NCBI RefSeq assembly: GCF_014384905.1
Contig: NZ_JACRSV010000002.1
Coordinates: 585,882 to 649,881 of the forward strand
Length of the DNA stretch: 64,000 nucleotides
Direction: 5' to 3'
From: Fumia xinanensis
Lineage (GTDB): Bacteria > Bacillota > Clostridia > Oscillospirales > Ruminococcaceae
The notes below the pieces were generated by a model. The model was not told the DNA's origin. It worked only from the letters and a program-made list of their open reading frames with translations, and did no database searches. This document shows, in pieces, positions 37,649 through 47,450 of this stretch (the first letter of the stretch is position 1; every line of letters begins with the position of its first letter). A program made the translations under genes and the position numbers.

Positions 37649-39745
37649 TTACAGATATATTTTTCCAAATTCGTCCGCGGGCAGGGGTTTGCTGTATAGA
37701 TACCCCTGGGCGGTGGTGCAGTCCATGTTTTTCAGAAGGGCCAGCTGCTCTTCGGTTTCTACTCCCTCGGCCAAGCATTCCATTCCCATTTCCCGGCACA
37801 TGTCGATGATGCATTTGACCATGGTACGGCAGGAAGGGCTGGTTTCCAGGTTCCAGATGAGGCTTTTATCCAGTTTCAGTGTGTCGAACTCCATGAAGGT
37901 GAGCAGCGACATACTGGAGTACTGGGAGCCGAAGTCGTCCAGTCCCAGCTGGAACCCCTGATCCCGGATGCTCTTGCCGATCTGGAATACGATTTCCCGC
38001 TCCACCTCTCCGATGGTCTCGGTGAGCTCGATTTGGACAAAATTTTTGGGCACGGAATCATACCGGCTGTAGATTTCAAGCATTTCCTTCATCAGGTCGG
38101 CGTCCAGCAGGGTGATGCGGGAGAAGTTGAGGGAGATGGGGAAGAGGGGCTTGCCCTGTTGCTGCCACGCCGTCATCTGTTTGAGCACCTGCTCGTAGAT
38201 AAACAAATCCACATAGCGGATGAGCCGCTCTTTTTCCAGCAGAGGGATAAACTTGTCCGGGGTAATGAGGCCGTGAGTTTTGTCCCCGAAGCGCACCAGG
38301 GCTTCGGCTCCCACAACCTCACCGGATGAAATATCGCACTTGGGTTGGAGGTACATGCGGAAGGAGCCTCGGGCCACTTCTTCCAGAAGGGCAGTCTGGG
38401 ACATATGGTTGGCGTGCTTGGAATTGCTGTCAAAGTTTTTGTAAAACTCCTGCTTTTGGATAAACATCAGCTCGTCGGCGTGGGTGACAAGGTTCTGGAC
38501 ATTTATTTCGGCATCGCTCCAGGTGTAGCCGATGGTGACGCCGTACAGCACCCGCCGTTCGAGGATTTCCTGCATCTGGCGGATTTTATGGACGAACTGC
38601 TGGATATCGGTGTTTTCCACAAAGCCGACGATTTCGTCACCGCTGAGGCGGAAGAGAATCCGCTCTTCGATAAATTCCTTCATAATGCTGCCAGTGGTGG
38701 CCACGACACTGTCGCCAAAGGAGTGGCCAAACCGTTCGTTGATTTGTTTGAGGCCATTGATGTCGGCCACCACTACGCCCAGGGACTGGAGCCGTTCTTC
38801 AGGGTTGCTGTCCAGGTAGGCTATATAGCTGTTGCGGTTTAGAAGCCCGGTGAGGGGATCGTGATAATTGAGGTAGGTGTGCTTGGATATCATCCGCCGC
38901 TTGGTAATCTCGTTGGCGATGAAGTAGGCAAGGCTCTGGAGCAGGACCGGGTTCCCGGCGTAAGCACGAGGATTATCCACTCCGACGTAACCCATGAGGA
39001 TGTTGTCGATGGTGAAGGGGGCGGCGATGAGGTTTTTGATGTTCTGCATCGAAAGGATGCAGTACTCCTCCGGGCTGTCCACCTTGATGGCTTCCAGGTC
39101 GGGAATGAGCACCGGCTCCATCTGCTCGAAATGGGGCATCCACCGGTTCAGGAGGGTCATGTCCACGTCCTGCAAAAATTCCATTTCCGGCGCCACGCCT
39201 TCTCCGCACCACTCATAGGTGTTTTTGCAGATGTCCTTTTGGTGGTCGATCTCAAAGATATAGGCCCTGTCGGCCCGATAGAATTCCCCGATGCTCTGGA
39301 GCACCAGGGCGATGGCTTTTTCCAGGCTCTCCGCCGAAGTGAGAGACCGGGTGCAGGACACGATGGCCTGCTCCACAGCCAGCTTTTCAGACAGCTCCCG
39401 GCTGACGGTTTCCCGGTCGGTGATGTCTAAGGCCACCTCCATTCGCACCGGGCGGCCTTGATAGGAAATCAGCTTGTCCTTCAGCAGGTAATGCCGGTTG
39501 ACCCGTTGGTTTTGATGTTCCCAGACATAGGTTTCGTCGGGCTTCAGCAGATGGTTGGTGCAGAAAGGACAGGGTTCGTCCCGATTTTGCAGCACTTTGT
39601 AGCAGGGCTTTCCCAGGTAGTCGTCAGGGGAGTCAAGGCCCAGGTCTTTCCGGCAGGCCCGATTGACAAACAGAATTTCATAGGTTTCAGCATCGCTGAG
39701 ATAAATCACTTCATCCAGCTCTTCGATGAGCCAGCCGATTTCCAT
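37649..39745 (-). CDS. PAS/GAF sensor protein with degenerate GGDEF (SGDEI) and EAL phosphodiesterase domains
   Basis: EAL-domain blocks are present (EALVRF, QIELTE, DDFGSQYSSMSL). The GGDEF position reads RLSGDEIVGF, which is non-canonical. Confidence 0.7.
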   Translation of the reverse strand: MEIGWLIEELDEVIYLSDAETYEILFVNRACRKDLGLDSPDDYLGKPCYKVLQNRDEPCPFCTNHLLKPDETYVWEHQNQRVNRHYLLKDKLISYQGRPVRMEVALDITDRETVSRELSEKLAVEQAIVSCTRSLTSAESLEKAIALVLQSIGEFYRADRAYIFEIDHQKDICKNTYEWCGEGVAPEMEFLQDVDMTLLNRWMPHFEQMEPVLIPDLEAIKVDSPEEYCILSMQNIKNLIAAPFTIDNILMGYVGVDNPRAYAGNPVLLQSLAYFIANEITKRRMISKHTYLNYHDPLTGLLNRNSYIAYLDSNPEERLQSLGVVVADINGLKQINERFGHSFGDSVVATTGSIMKEFIEERILFRLSGDEIVGFVENTDIQQFVHKIRQMQEILERRVLYGVTIGYTWSDAEINVQNLVTHADELMFIQKQEFYKNFDSNSKHANHMSQTALLEEVARGSFRMYLQPKCDISSGEVVGAEALVRFGDKTHGLITPDKFIPLLEKERLIRYVDLFIYEQVLKQMTAWQQQGKPLFPISLNFSRITLLDADLMKEMLEIYSRYDSVPKNFVQIELTETIGEVEREIVFQIGKSIRDQGFQLGLDDFGSQYSSMSLLTFMEFDTLKLDKSLIWNLETSPSCRTMVKCIIDMCREMGMECLAEGVETEEQLALLKNMDCTTAQGYLYSKPLPADEFGKIYL

Positions 39746-39891
39746 GGTGACACCGCCTTTCCTTTAGAGTATATTCAAAATTAGTCTACCACAAGTTTAC
39801 ACAAAAGTACAGTGAAAAAGTAAAAGACGCCGACTTCCGGGCGGTCCAATAAAACATTATAATATTGTTTTCGGGAAGGCGGCATGAGTGA

Positions 39892-41238
39892 TCATGCCGC
39901 TTTTCCGTTCACAACGTCATAGAGTAAATTGGCGGGGAGTATGCCGATATAGTTGTAACTGATGGTCACATCCTGCACTCGGTGTCCGCTGGACTTGTCC
40001 GGTGCATGAACATATACGGCGTTCACCATATCGTTCAGCACGGTCGGTGTCAGCTTCTCCAGATACAGGTATTTCTTTGCCTGTCGGATAAATCTATCAA
40101 CATTCTCCGCTTGATCTTCTTGATTCTGTATTTCGTTTTCAAGCATTTCAATCTTGGCTCTCAAGTCTGCCTGCTCCTGCTCATAATCATCAGACAACAT
40201 CTGAAAACGAGCTTCGGACAGTTTTCCGTTGACCATATCCTCATAAATACGCTTGAACAATCTGTCCAGTTCAGCCAGACGATTTTCGGATTTCTGCAAG
40301 GTTTGCTTCTTGGCAGAAAGCTCTTTCCTTGCTTCCTCGCTTCGCTTGGCACCCAATGCTCTGCGGAATGAGTCCTCATAGCCTGCAACACAGGAGATTA
40401 CCAACCTCATGTGCTGGAGCGTACCTTCTTCCAGTACAACGGCTCTGATGAAGTGGGTGTCACAGACCTCCTTACCCTTTTTACGGGAAGTGGAGCAAAC
40501 AAAGTGGTCTTGTCTGGTTTCAAAACTGTTGCTGGTGCAGTAGTACAATTTCTCACCGCAATCGGCACAGCGGACGAGACCGGAGAACATATTGGTCTTG
40601 CCTGTTCTGGCGGGTCTGCGCTTATTCTTGCGAAGCTCCTGCACACGGGCGAAGGTTTCTTCGTCAATAATAGCTTCATGGGTGTTCTCGAAAATCTTCC
40701 ATTGGTCGGGAGGGTTTTCGAGTTTCTTTTTGCTTCTGTACGACTGCTTGCGGGTCTTGAAGTTGACCATGTGACCAAGGTATTCCATCTTTTCCAGTAT
40801 GCCGGTGATAGTTCGTGGTGCCCAATTGTAAGGATTATCCGGTGTCTTTGCAGGAGCATTACGTCCCATCTTCATCCAATGGACGGTGGGGCAATCCACC
40901 TTTGCTTCCTTCAGCTTCTTGGCAATCTGAGAGGGGCCGAAGCCCTCCATACACCATGCGAAGATCTGACGGACAACAGCTACGGCTTCATCGTCCACAA
41001 CCCAATGTCTCTTTGGATTGTCGGGGTCTTTCATGTAGCCATAGGGTGGGTTGGTGGTCAGATACTCACCGGATTCGCCTTTCTGCTTCATAACCGCTTT
41101 GACCTTTTTACTGCTGTCCTTGACATAGAACTCGTTGATGATATTCAAGAACGGAGTAAAGTCGTTGTCCTGCTGATTGGCGCTGTCCACACCGCTGTTC
41201 ACGGCGATGAAACGGACATCGTGTTCGGGGAAAAGCAT
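39892..41238 (-). pseudogene. C-terminal part (recombinase domain + zinc ribbon + coiled coil) of a large serine recombinase gene split by insertion of a nested element
   Basis: It begins LFPEHDVRFIAVNSGVDSANQQDNDFTPFLNIINEFYVKDSSKKVKA, the continuation expected after the resolvase-domain segment that ends the 47966..48382 fragment (…[13 protein letters not shown]). It lacks the catalytic Ser region. Confidence 0.7.
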
Positions 41239-41292
41239 TTCACTATTATAGACAAGAGCACAAAAAGGATAGGTACGGTGGGGATTAACCCG

Positions 41293-42804
41293 TCAGATTT
41301 TCCATTCAATTTCTACCTTTTCATTTGTCGCCCGGATGACCGTTATCAGTGCGTCCACCACCTGCCTCTTGTCCTCAAAGCTGACATTCTCCCAGTCATC
41401 CAGATACCCGGAAATGCTTTCCATCTTCTCCATCGGCACAGCGTCCGCAGAGAGTTTTGCAATCTCATTGGCAATGGACTGCCGCCTTGCGTCCAGCTCC
41501 TCAATTTTGCTGTTGGCATAGGAGATCAAAACAGGGCTTGCGCCCGTCAGCGTGTCAAGCAGCTTTTCAATCTCGCTTTCCACCTGCGCCAGTTCCTGCC
41601 GCTTTGCCGCCAGCTTCGGGGAGATTTTCGCCGCTTTTTTCCGGCCTGTTAGCGTCTTAAAATCTTTCAGCTTCTTCACCATAGCCCCATAGACCACCGC
41701 TTCCAGTTCGTGCAGCTTCACGCACCCGCAGCCGGGACACGCCTTGCTGTCCGCATGGACGGTGCAACGCATATAGAGGATGCCGTTGGAGTGCGCCGAC
41801 ATAAGCGCATACCCGCATTTCCCGCATTTGATTTTTCCCGCCATCCATGTGTTCCGGGCTTTCCTTGCGGGCTGGTAGGTGTGGCTGGCAAGCAGCTTCT
41901 TCCTGCATTTCAGCCACAGCTCCGATGGGATAAACCCCTCATGTGGAGCCAGTACCAGCGTCTGTCCTTGCAGGTGCTTGTGCTTGTCCTCTGTATTCCC
42001 CTTGCCCTGATAGTAATAGCAGCCGTTTGTCCCGGCAAAGTCGGCGGCGTCATTGTAAATATCCGTCCCCTGGCTTTTGTAAAACTCGTATATGTCGAGG
42101 TCAGCCATGACATAAATCGGGTTGCGGAGAATAACGCTCAAAGTAGCCCTTGACAGCGGCCTGCCATGATAAGTACGCATACCGCCCGCCGTCAGCTTCT
42201 TTGTAATGTCATGCAGCGATACCTGCGGGTCAGCGTACATCTCATACATCTGCCGGACAAAGGCCGCTTCGGTTGGCTCTATTACCAGCTTCTTTGTGCT
42301 CACCCCGTCCATCACATAAGGCTCTGTCCGAAATCCGTAGGGCGTTTTGCCGCCCATTTTGAAGCCCCGCTGACAGCGGGAGTACCATGCGTCCTGCACC
42401 CGCTTCTGTATCGTTTCCCGTTCAAGCTGGGCGAACACGATACAGATATTCAGCATCGCCCGCCCCATTGGGGTGGAGGTATCAAACTTCTCCGTAGAGG
42501 ACACAAACTCCACTTCGTACTTTTGGAAGAAGTCCATCATCTTCGCAAAGTCCAGAATGGAACGGCTGATGCGGTCGAGCTTGTAAACCACCACTTTCCG
42601 CACAAGGCCGCTTTCAATATCCCGCATAAGCTGTTGGAATTGTGGACGCTCCGTATTTTTCCCGGAATACCCTTTGTCCTTGTACTCTTTGCAGTTCCCG
42701 CCTTTCAATTCGTATTTGCAAAACTCAATCTGGCTTTCAATGGAAATGCTATCCTTTTTGTCTACCGATTGCCTTGCATAGATTGCGTCTATTCTGTTAT
42801 TCAT
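41293..42804 (-). CDS. Large serine recombinase (resolvase/invertase N-terminal catalytic domain + recombinase domain + zinc ribbon), intact
   Basis: N-terminal AIYARQSVDKKDSISIESQ (catalytic Ser context), FVSSTEKFDTSTPMGRAM, and a Cys cluster (CGKCGYALMSAHSNG...CTVHADSKACPGCGC); 503 aa. Confidence 0.8.
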   Translation of the reverse strand: MNNRIDAIYARQSVDKKDSISIESQIEFCKYELKGGNCKEYKDKGYSGKNTERPQFQQLMRDIESGLVRKVVVYKLDRISRSILDFAKMMDFFQKYEVEFVSSTEKFDTSTPMGRAMLNICIVFAQLERETIQKRVQDAWYSRCQRGFKMGGKTPYGFRTEPYVMDGVSTKKLVIEPTEAAFVRQMYEMYADPQVSLHDITKKLTAGGMRTYHGRPLSRATLSVILRNPIYVMADLDIYEFYKSQGTDIYNDAADFAGTNGCYYYQGKGNTEDKHKHLQGQTLVLAPHEGFIPSELWLKCRKKLLASHTYQPARKARNTWMAGKIKCGKCGYALMSAHSNGILYMRCTVHADSKACPGCGCVKLHELEAVVYGAMVKKLKDFKTLTGRKKAAKISPKLAAKRQELAQVESEIEKLLDTLTGASPVLISYANSKIEELDARRQSIANEIAKLSADAVPMEKMESISGYLDDWENVSFEDKRQVVDALITVIRATNEKVEIEWKI

Positions 42805-42898
42805 TTTGTCGCTCCTTTTCTTAAAAAAGAAACGGAGCTGCTGACAGTTCTATTATACCGTCAGCAGCCCCGCAAATCAACGATGGTTTCGGGAAACC

Positions 42899-43114
42899 TT
42901 ATGCCCCGGCTTCCTCACTCTGCCGTTTGTCGGCATACTTGCGGAACACCTCATAAAGCTGCTGTTCCAGCTCTCGGCGTTTTGCCGCTTCCTGCTCCGG
43001 CGTGAACACCGGGGAGAGGTTTTCCAGCGTGATTTCCCTGCCTTGAAAAGTCACGACTTCCGTTTCCTTTTTGTATCTGATAGTGGTACTTATAAAATCA
43101 CCTTTCCTTTCCAT
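42899..43114 (-). CDS. Small hypothetical protein of the nested element
   Basis: A 71-aa ORF between the relaxase and recombinase genes, overlapping the relaxase stop. Confidence 0.35.
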   Translation of the reverse strand: MERKGDFISTTIRYKKETEVVTFQGREITLENLSPVFTPEQEAAKRRELEQQLYEVFRKYADKRQSEEAGA

Positions 43115-44042
43115 GCTGCCGCTGCTGCCGTTTCAGTTCCGCCAGTATATCCGGCGGGATACGGTCAACCAGCCGCTGTAAATTGTCCAGTTCGCTTTTC
43201 AGCTTTGCCCGTTCCATCGTATCTTTCATCTTGCCTTTTTCACCGGCTTTTGCCCTTGCTTCCAGCTTTTCATTTTCCGCTAACAGGTCATTGATTGTGA
43301 CCTTGTATTTTTTCAACTGCCCGGAGAAATTCTCCATCTGCGGGAACCACTTTTTCAGCATGGAGAGGGCTTCCTCTTTTTTCTTTCCGGCGTTGAACGG
43401 GGTAATATCGCCCAGCGTGGCTTCAATGGCTCTTGCCTGTTTGGAGAGATTGACCGCCTGCTTGAACAGACGGGTGGGGATATGCTTCCTGCCTGTCTTG
43501 CTGGCACTTTCCCCACGCTCCAAGTCAGGATATTTCTCCACCATATAGGCGTGAAAATCGTCCTGCCACTTTGTTAAATTCGCCCGGTTGCCTATGATTT
43601 CTTTAGCGCACAGGCGGTTGTCCTTAGTAAGCGGGACAAAGGTCAAATGCAGGTGGGGCGTTTTCTCGTCCATGTGTACCACAGCAGACACGATATTGTC
43701 CTGCCCTACCCGGTCAATGAGGAAATCAGCCGCCCTCTGGAAAAACGCCTGTATCTCCTTTGGGGATTTCTTCTTGAAAAACTCCGGGCTGGCGGTGACC
43801 AGCGTGTCCACAAACCGGGTGCTGTCCTTACGGGTGCGGCAGCCAGCCTGTTCAATGCGGTTCTGGATAAAGTGGTAGTACCTGCTCTCCGGCTTGACGA
43901 TATGGAAGTTGTATTTGCTCCGGCTGGTGTCAATGTCGGGATTGCTGGCGTACTGTTCCTTTTGCCGTTCGTGATGGGCTTCCAGCGGTCTTGCCGGATT
44001 GCCCTTGTGTTTTTCAAATCGCAAAATTGCGTGTTGTGCCAT
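43098..44042 (-). CDS. MobV-family relaxase (Mob/Pre plasmid recombination enzyme)
   Basis: N-terminal MAQHAILRFEKHKG, the HHERQ motif, and VHMDEKTPHLHLTFVPL (HxH metal motif). The start is set at MAQH, which has an AAAGGAG RBS. Confidence 0.75.
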   Translation of the reverse strand: MAQHAILRFEKHKGNPARPLEAHHERQKEQYASNPDIDTSRSKYNFHIVKPESRYYHFIQNRIEQAGCRTRKDSTRFVDTLVTASPEFFKKKSPKEIQAFFQRAADFLIDRVGQDNIVSAVVHMDEKTPHLHLTFVPLTKDNRLCAKEIIGNRANLTKWQDDFHAYMVEKYPDLERGESASKTGRKHIPTRLFKQAVNLSKQARAIEATLGDITPFNAGKKKEEALSMLKKWFPQMENFSGQLKKYKVTINDLLAENEKLEARAKAGEKGKMKDTMERAKLKSELDNLQRLVDRIPPDILAELKRQQRQHGKER

Positions 44043-44224
44043 AAACTCCTTTCCCCGTTCCTTTCCCTTCCGGGACTTTTCCACAGGAAAATCCCGCAGA
44101 AAATATCTCGGATAGGAAGGGAATGGATAGAATATAAATCAATATTTTTATCTCTGTATTTCTATATACCGTCCGGTTTTCGTACTTCAAGAGGATTGAT
44201 TATCGTACTTGTGGAGTGCGGTTT

Positions 44225-44620
44225 TCAGTCCTCCGGCGTACCAGAACGGGATTTCTTGAAGTCGGTATTTGGAACCGCTTCATAGGATTTTGGGTAGATG
44301 CGGTTGGGTTTTCCACAGCCCTGCTTCTGGATCTCCACCAATCCGGCATATTGCAGTTCCCGCAGGGTATTGACCGCCTTTTGCCGCCCACAGTGGAGCA
44401 GACCAACTACTTCGCAGATGGGATAGTAGAGGTAAATCCTCCCGTATTCGTCTGCCCAACCGTTCTTGCGGGACAACTCCATCCGGCGCAGGATAAAGGC
44501 GTACAGAACCTTTGCTTCGTTGGACAGTGGCGTGAATGTGGGTGCTTCAAAGAGGAAATTCGGGAGCCGGGTGAAGCTGACCGATTTCTCCGGCTGATGA
44601 ATATAAATAGTGTTTGTCAT
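44225..44620 (-). CDS. RepA_N-like replication initiator (N-terminal domain type common in Firmicutes plasmids/ICEs)
   Basis: The LPNFLF...LSNEAKVLYAFILRRMELSRKNGWADEYGRIYLYY...KAVNTLRELQYAGLVE pattern matches the recalled RepA_N family. Confidence 0.5.
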   Translation of the reverse strand: MTNTIYIHQPEKSVSFTRLPNFLFEAPTFTPLSNEAKVLYAFILRRMELSRKNGWADEYGRIYLYYPICEVVGLLHCGRQKAVNTLRELQYAGLVEIQKQGCGKPNRIYPKSYEAVPNTDFKKSRSGTPED

Positions 44621-44629
44621 ACTGTGTTT

Positions 44630-44745
44630 TGTGGACAGTTAGGAGGGCATTTCCGGGGGGAGGACGGTGCTTGATACCACTTCCCCCGGTTCTGCCCTCT
44701 GGAAGCCTTATGAATAAAGGCTTTTCCCCTGCCTAACTGTCCACA
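44630..44745. promoter_or_regulatory. Nested inverted-repeat structure (candidate replication or transfer origin) between the RepA_N and Cys-rich genes
   Basis: The outer IR is tgtggacagttagg / cctaactgtccaca (14 bp). The inner IR is agggcatttccggggg / cccccggttctgccct. An additional hairpin gaagcctt-atgaataa-aggcttt is present. Confidence 0.4.
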
Positions 44746-45146
44746 GCAGACCTCCTTTTCCGTTCACTTTCTGTTTTCTGCCGCCTGTGAACTCTGGCGG
44801 CGCAGTCGGGACAGTATTTCGCCCGGTTGGACTTTGGGACAAACACTCTGCCGCAGACCGCACAGCGTTTTAGCTCCTTATCCCGGAAAATCTCTGCTTC
44901 CAGCGTCCCGATTTGCGGTAAGACCGACCAGCGGAACCACTTACAGCAGACCGAGAAAGAAATGGTCTGGGGGCAAGTGTGGGTATCCCCATCGTCAAGG
45001 AGCATACAGTTCCCGTCCTCATAATTACAGCACTCCCGGCGGATCAGGGCGTTTGCCTGCTTCCTCTGTGCCGGGGTCATGCGGCAGAGGGTACCGTCCG
45101 GCTTGCGCTCCAACGGTGGTAGGCGTTTATATGGATTATCTTTCAT
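44733..45146 (-). CDS. Cysteine-rich VLP-like protein (family associated with Firmicutes conjugative/mobilizable elements)
   Basis: Cys-rich segments RRECCNYEDGNC...HTCPQTISFSVCCKW...CAVCGRVF...CPDCAARV. Confidence 0.4.
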   Translation of the reverse strand: MKDNPYKRLPPLERKPDGTLCRMTPAQRKQANALIRRECCNYEDGNCMLLDDGDTHTCPQTISFSVCCKWFRWSVLPQIGTLEAEIFRDKELKRCAVCGRVFVPKSNRAKYCPDCAARVHRRQKTESERKRRSAVDS

Positions 45147-45370
45147 GCGTCCCTCCGTTTTTCACTTTTGCCGTTCTCCCCGAAAAGGCTTCCTGCCCCA
45201 TTCCTGCGGCGTGTTCCGGCGTTGGCACGCTCCCCACAGCTTCGGGACAAGTTGTCCCGAAGTGACCTCTGGACAAAGTGTCCAGAAGTTGGCTCCTTGC
45301 GGTGCTTCCCCGGCCGGGGTATTCCTTTTCGGACGGTCATTCGGTTTTCAAGGTGCAGCTCATCGATGAA

Positions 45371-45476
45371 CTACCACAAGTCTACACTTTTTCGACCGCC
45401 TGTGCCGTATATCCATAAGGTAGGAAATCACCTCGGAAAACTCGCTATTTCCACGCTCTCGGAATTGTGGTAGAAT
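45371..45476. promoter_or_regulatory. Promoter region of the SUKH-like gene. It contains the 17-nt motif CTACCACAAGTCTACAC (also found at the outer element's left end), its 9-bp inverted partner TTGTGGTAG, and an extended -10 TGgTAGAAT.
   Basis: The motif lies at 45371-45387. Its inverted partner lies at 45465-45473 and overlaps a TGnTAGAAT -10 element about 20 bp upstream of the RBS/ATG (45494). Confidence 0.4.
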
Positions 45477-45493
45477 AGAAAAAATAATGCGAG

Positions 45494-46252
45494 GTGATAG
45501 AGATGGATAAGTTGGAGTTATTTTCAAAGTGCTTAAATTTAGTAGAGGGCAGGGAAAATCCTGAGAGTTGGTGGGGTTGGTGGAACGAACACGAATCCGA
45601 AGTGGAAAAACTATTGAACCACGGCGAGTTTTTGAAGTTAAAACCCCGGTCGCATGGATTTTCTTGGGTATCAGTATTTGGTAGCCAAAAGGGAGCCATC
45701 ACTATTCTGGAGAAGAACGGAATAGCGTTTGAAATTAGCAATCTCTATCAAGAACGGTATCTGGAGGAATTGGACGCTTACTGTAAGGAACAGAAACGAG
45801 TACAACGGGAAAAGCAAAAGAAATTCAAGGCACAGCACCCCGAATGGTTTACTCAATACCCTAAGTTCTCAAAAATGTTGGCAAAAGTCTTGGACTCCTC
45901 TGATGAAATAAAATCTGCTGCAACTGTGGAGAAGATTGTAGAGATAGAAAAGAAATTAGGATTTATTCTCCCAACACAAGTTCGGGAATTTTTTCTCATA
46001 ACTGAGGGAGTTAATGTATCTACAGGTTTGAGTATCAGCTTATCCCAGCTCTTTAATCTAACTATTCACGAGGAGCATTATTGTGTACTAGGCGAATTTT
46101 GGAAAGAGGCTGACGGAGATTTACTCCTACTTCGCCCCGGCGAAGAAACTGTCTGGTACTATGCCCATGAGCAAGACAAAGTAAAATTTTTGCGGAATAC
46201 CATGTATGAATTGTTAGAAAAAGAGTTAGTGAATTATCTGCGAGAAAATTAA
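45494..46252 (+). CDS. SUKH-1 (SMI1/KNR4-like) family protein, C-terminal domain; orphan immunity-like cargo
   Basis: LPTQVREFFLITEGVNVS...GDLLLLRPGEETVWYYAHE resembles the SMI1/KNR4 core; the gene is AT-rich. Confidence 0.4.
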   Translation: MIEMDKLELFSKCLNLVEGRENPESWWGWWNEHESEVEKLLNHGEFLKLKPRSHGFSWVSVFGSQKGAITILEKNGIAFEISNLYQERYLEELDAYCKEQKRVQREKQKKFKAQHPEWFTQYPKFSKMLAKVLDSSDEIKSAATVEKIVEIEKKLGFILPTQVREFFLITEGVNVSTGLSISLSQLFNLTIHEEHYCVLGEFWKEADGDLLLLRPGEETVWYYAHEQDKVKFLRNTMYELLEKELVNYLREN

Positions 46253-46290
46253 AAATATTTTTGACTATCAAGCAGACAAGGAGGGAGAGC

Positions 46291-47091
46291 ATGGAATTAT
46301 CCATACAAGAACGATTAAAAGACCTGCGTGTGGAACGAGGGCTGACGCTGGAACAGCTTGCGGAGGAAACTCACCTTTCCAAATCTGCTTTAGGCAGTTA
46401 TGAGGGAGACAATCTCAAAGACATCAGCCACCATGCCCTTATCCAGCTGGCAAAGGTTTATGAAGTGACCGTTGATTACCTGCTGGGACGCTCTAAAACA
46501 AAAAATCACCCAAACGCCGATCTTGCAGACCTGCGCTTGAGTGATGATATGATTGAACTATTGAAAAGTGGGCGGGTGGATACTTCCCTCTTGTGTGAGC
46601 TGGCGGCGCACCCGGATTTCCCCCGGCTGATGGCTGACCTTGAAATCTATGTGAACGGAACGGCAGTCAAGCAGGTACAGAGCGCAAATGCCATTGTGGA
46701 TATTATGAGCGCAACCATTATGAAGCAGCACAATCCCGGCTTGTCCGACCCGCAGTTAAGGCAGCTTGTCGCCGCCCATATTGACGATGACAGCTTTTGC
46801 CGCTATGTGATACAGCAGGACATAAACAAGATAGCTCTTGACCTGCGGAAAGCACATAAGGACGATTTTTTCAGCGTCCCGGAGGACAATCCGCTGGAAG
46901 ATTTTTTACAGACCGCCGAGGAAACCGCTAAAGAGGACAGCGACCCGGAGCAAGCATCGCTGGCGTTTATCTGCAAGCGGCTCAAATTGAATTTGAAGAA
47001 GCTGTCTGAAGAAGAAAAGAAGTGGCTGAAAAAGATTGCACAGAAGTCGGACTTGCTGAAAAATCCAAATCCCCAGCGGGGGAGAAAATAG
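46291..47091 (+). CDS. XRE-family HTH transcriptional regulator with extended C-terminal domain
   Basis: N-terminal HTH (LKDLRVERGLTLEQLAEETHLSKSALGSYEGDN); the start is set at MELSIQ. Confidence 0.6.
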   Translation: MELSIQERLKDLRVERGLTLEQLAEETHLSKSALGSYEGDNLKDISHHALIQLAKVYEVTVDYLLGRSKTKNHPNADLADLRLSDDMIELLKSGRVDTSLLCELAAHPDFPRLMADLEIYVNGTAVKQVQSANAIVDIMSATIMKQHNPGLSDPQLRQLVAAHIDDDSFCRYVIQQDINKIALDLRKAHKDDFFSVPEDNPLEDFLQTAEETAKEDSDPEQASLAFICKRLKLNLKKLSEEEKKWLKKIAQKSDLLKNPNPQRGRK

Positions 47092-47115
47092 AGAACGAGA
47101 AATTGGAGGGAGTAA

Positions 47116-47450
47116 AGGTGCAGGAGGCAATTATAAAATTGAAACTTCTCGGTCAAATGCCAGACGCAGTGAAAGATGACCCTACAGAAGAAACCATCAA
47201 CATGTATGACGAATTGCTCTTCAATGTAAAAACGCCATTGACAAGTGAAGAAGTAGGCGTATTGATTGACATTTTCCCCGAAGGTGGAATGTATGGAGTA
47301 GAGTGGGATTTGCTAAAATTGGTAGAGTCTTATTTGATAGAAGCACCATCAAGTGAAGAGTATCGAAAATTGATTACTGCTTGTCCAAGTGAAGAATGGC
47401 GAGAAACTATGCAAGCCCGTTTAGATAATTGGGAAAACAACAAACAATAA
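47116..47450 (+). CDS. Hypothetical protein
   Basis: An ORF with a GTG start after a GGAGGGAG RBS. The GTG start is preferred over the longer ORF-track ATG (47022), which would overlap the XRE gene. Confidence 0.3.

Noticed and set aside
40411-41652. 413-aa plus-strand ORF spanning the recombinase fragment and junction
   Set aside because: It is antisense to serine recombinase coding sequence and crosses the element junction, and has no motifs.
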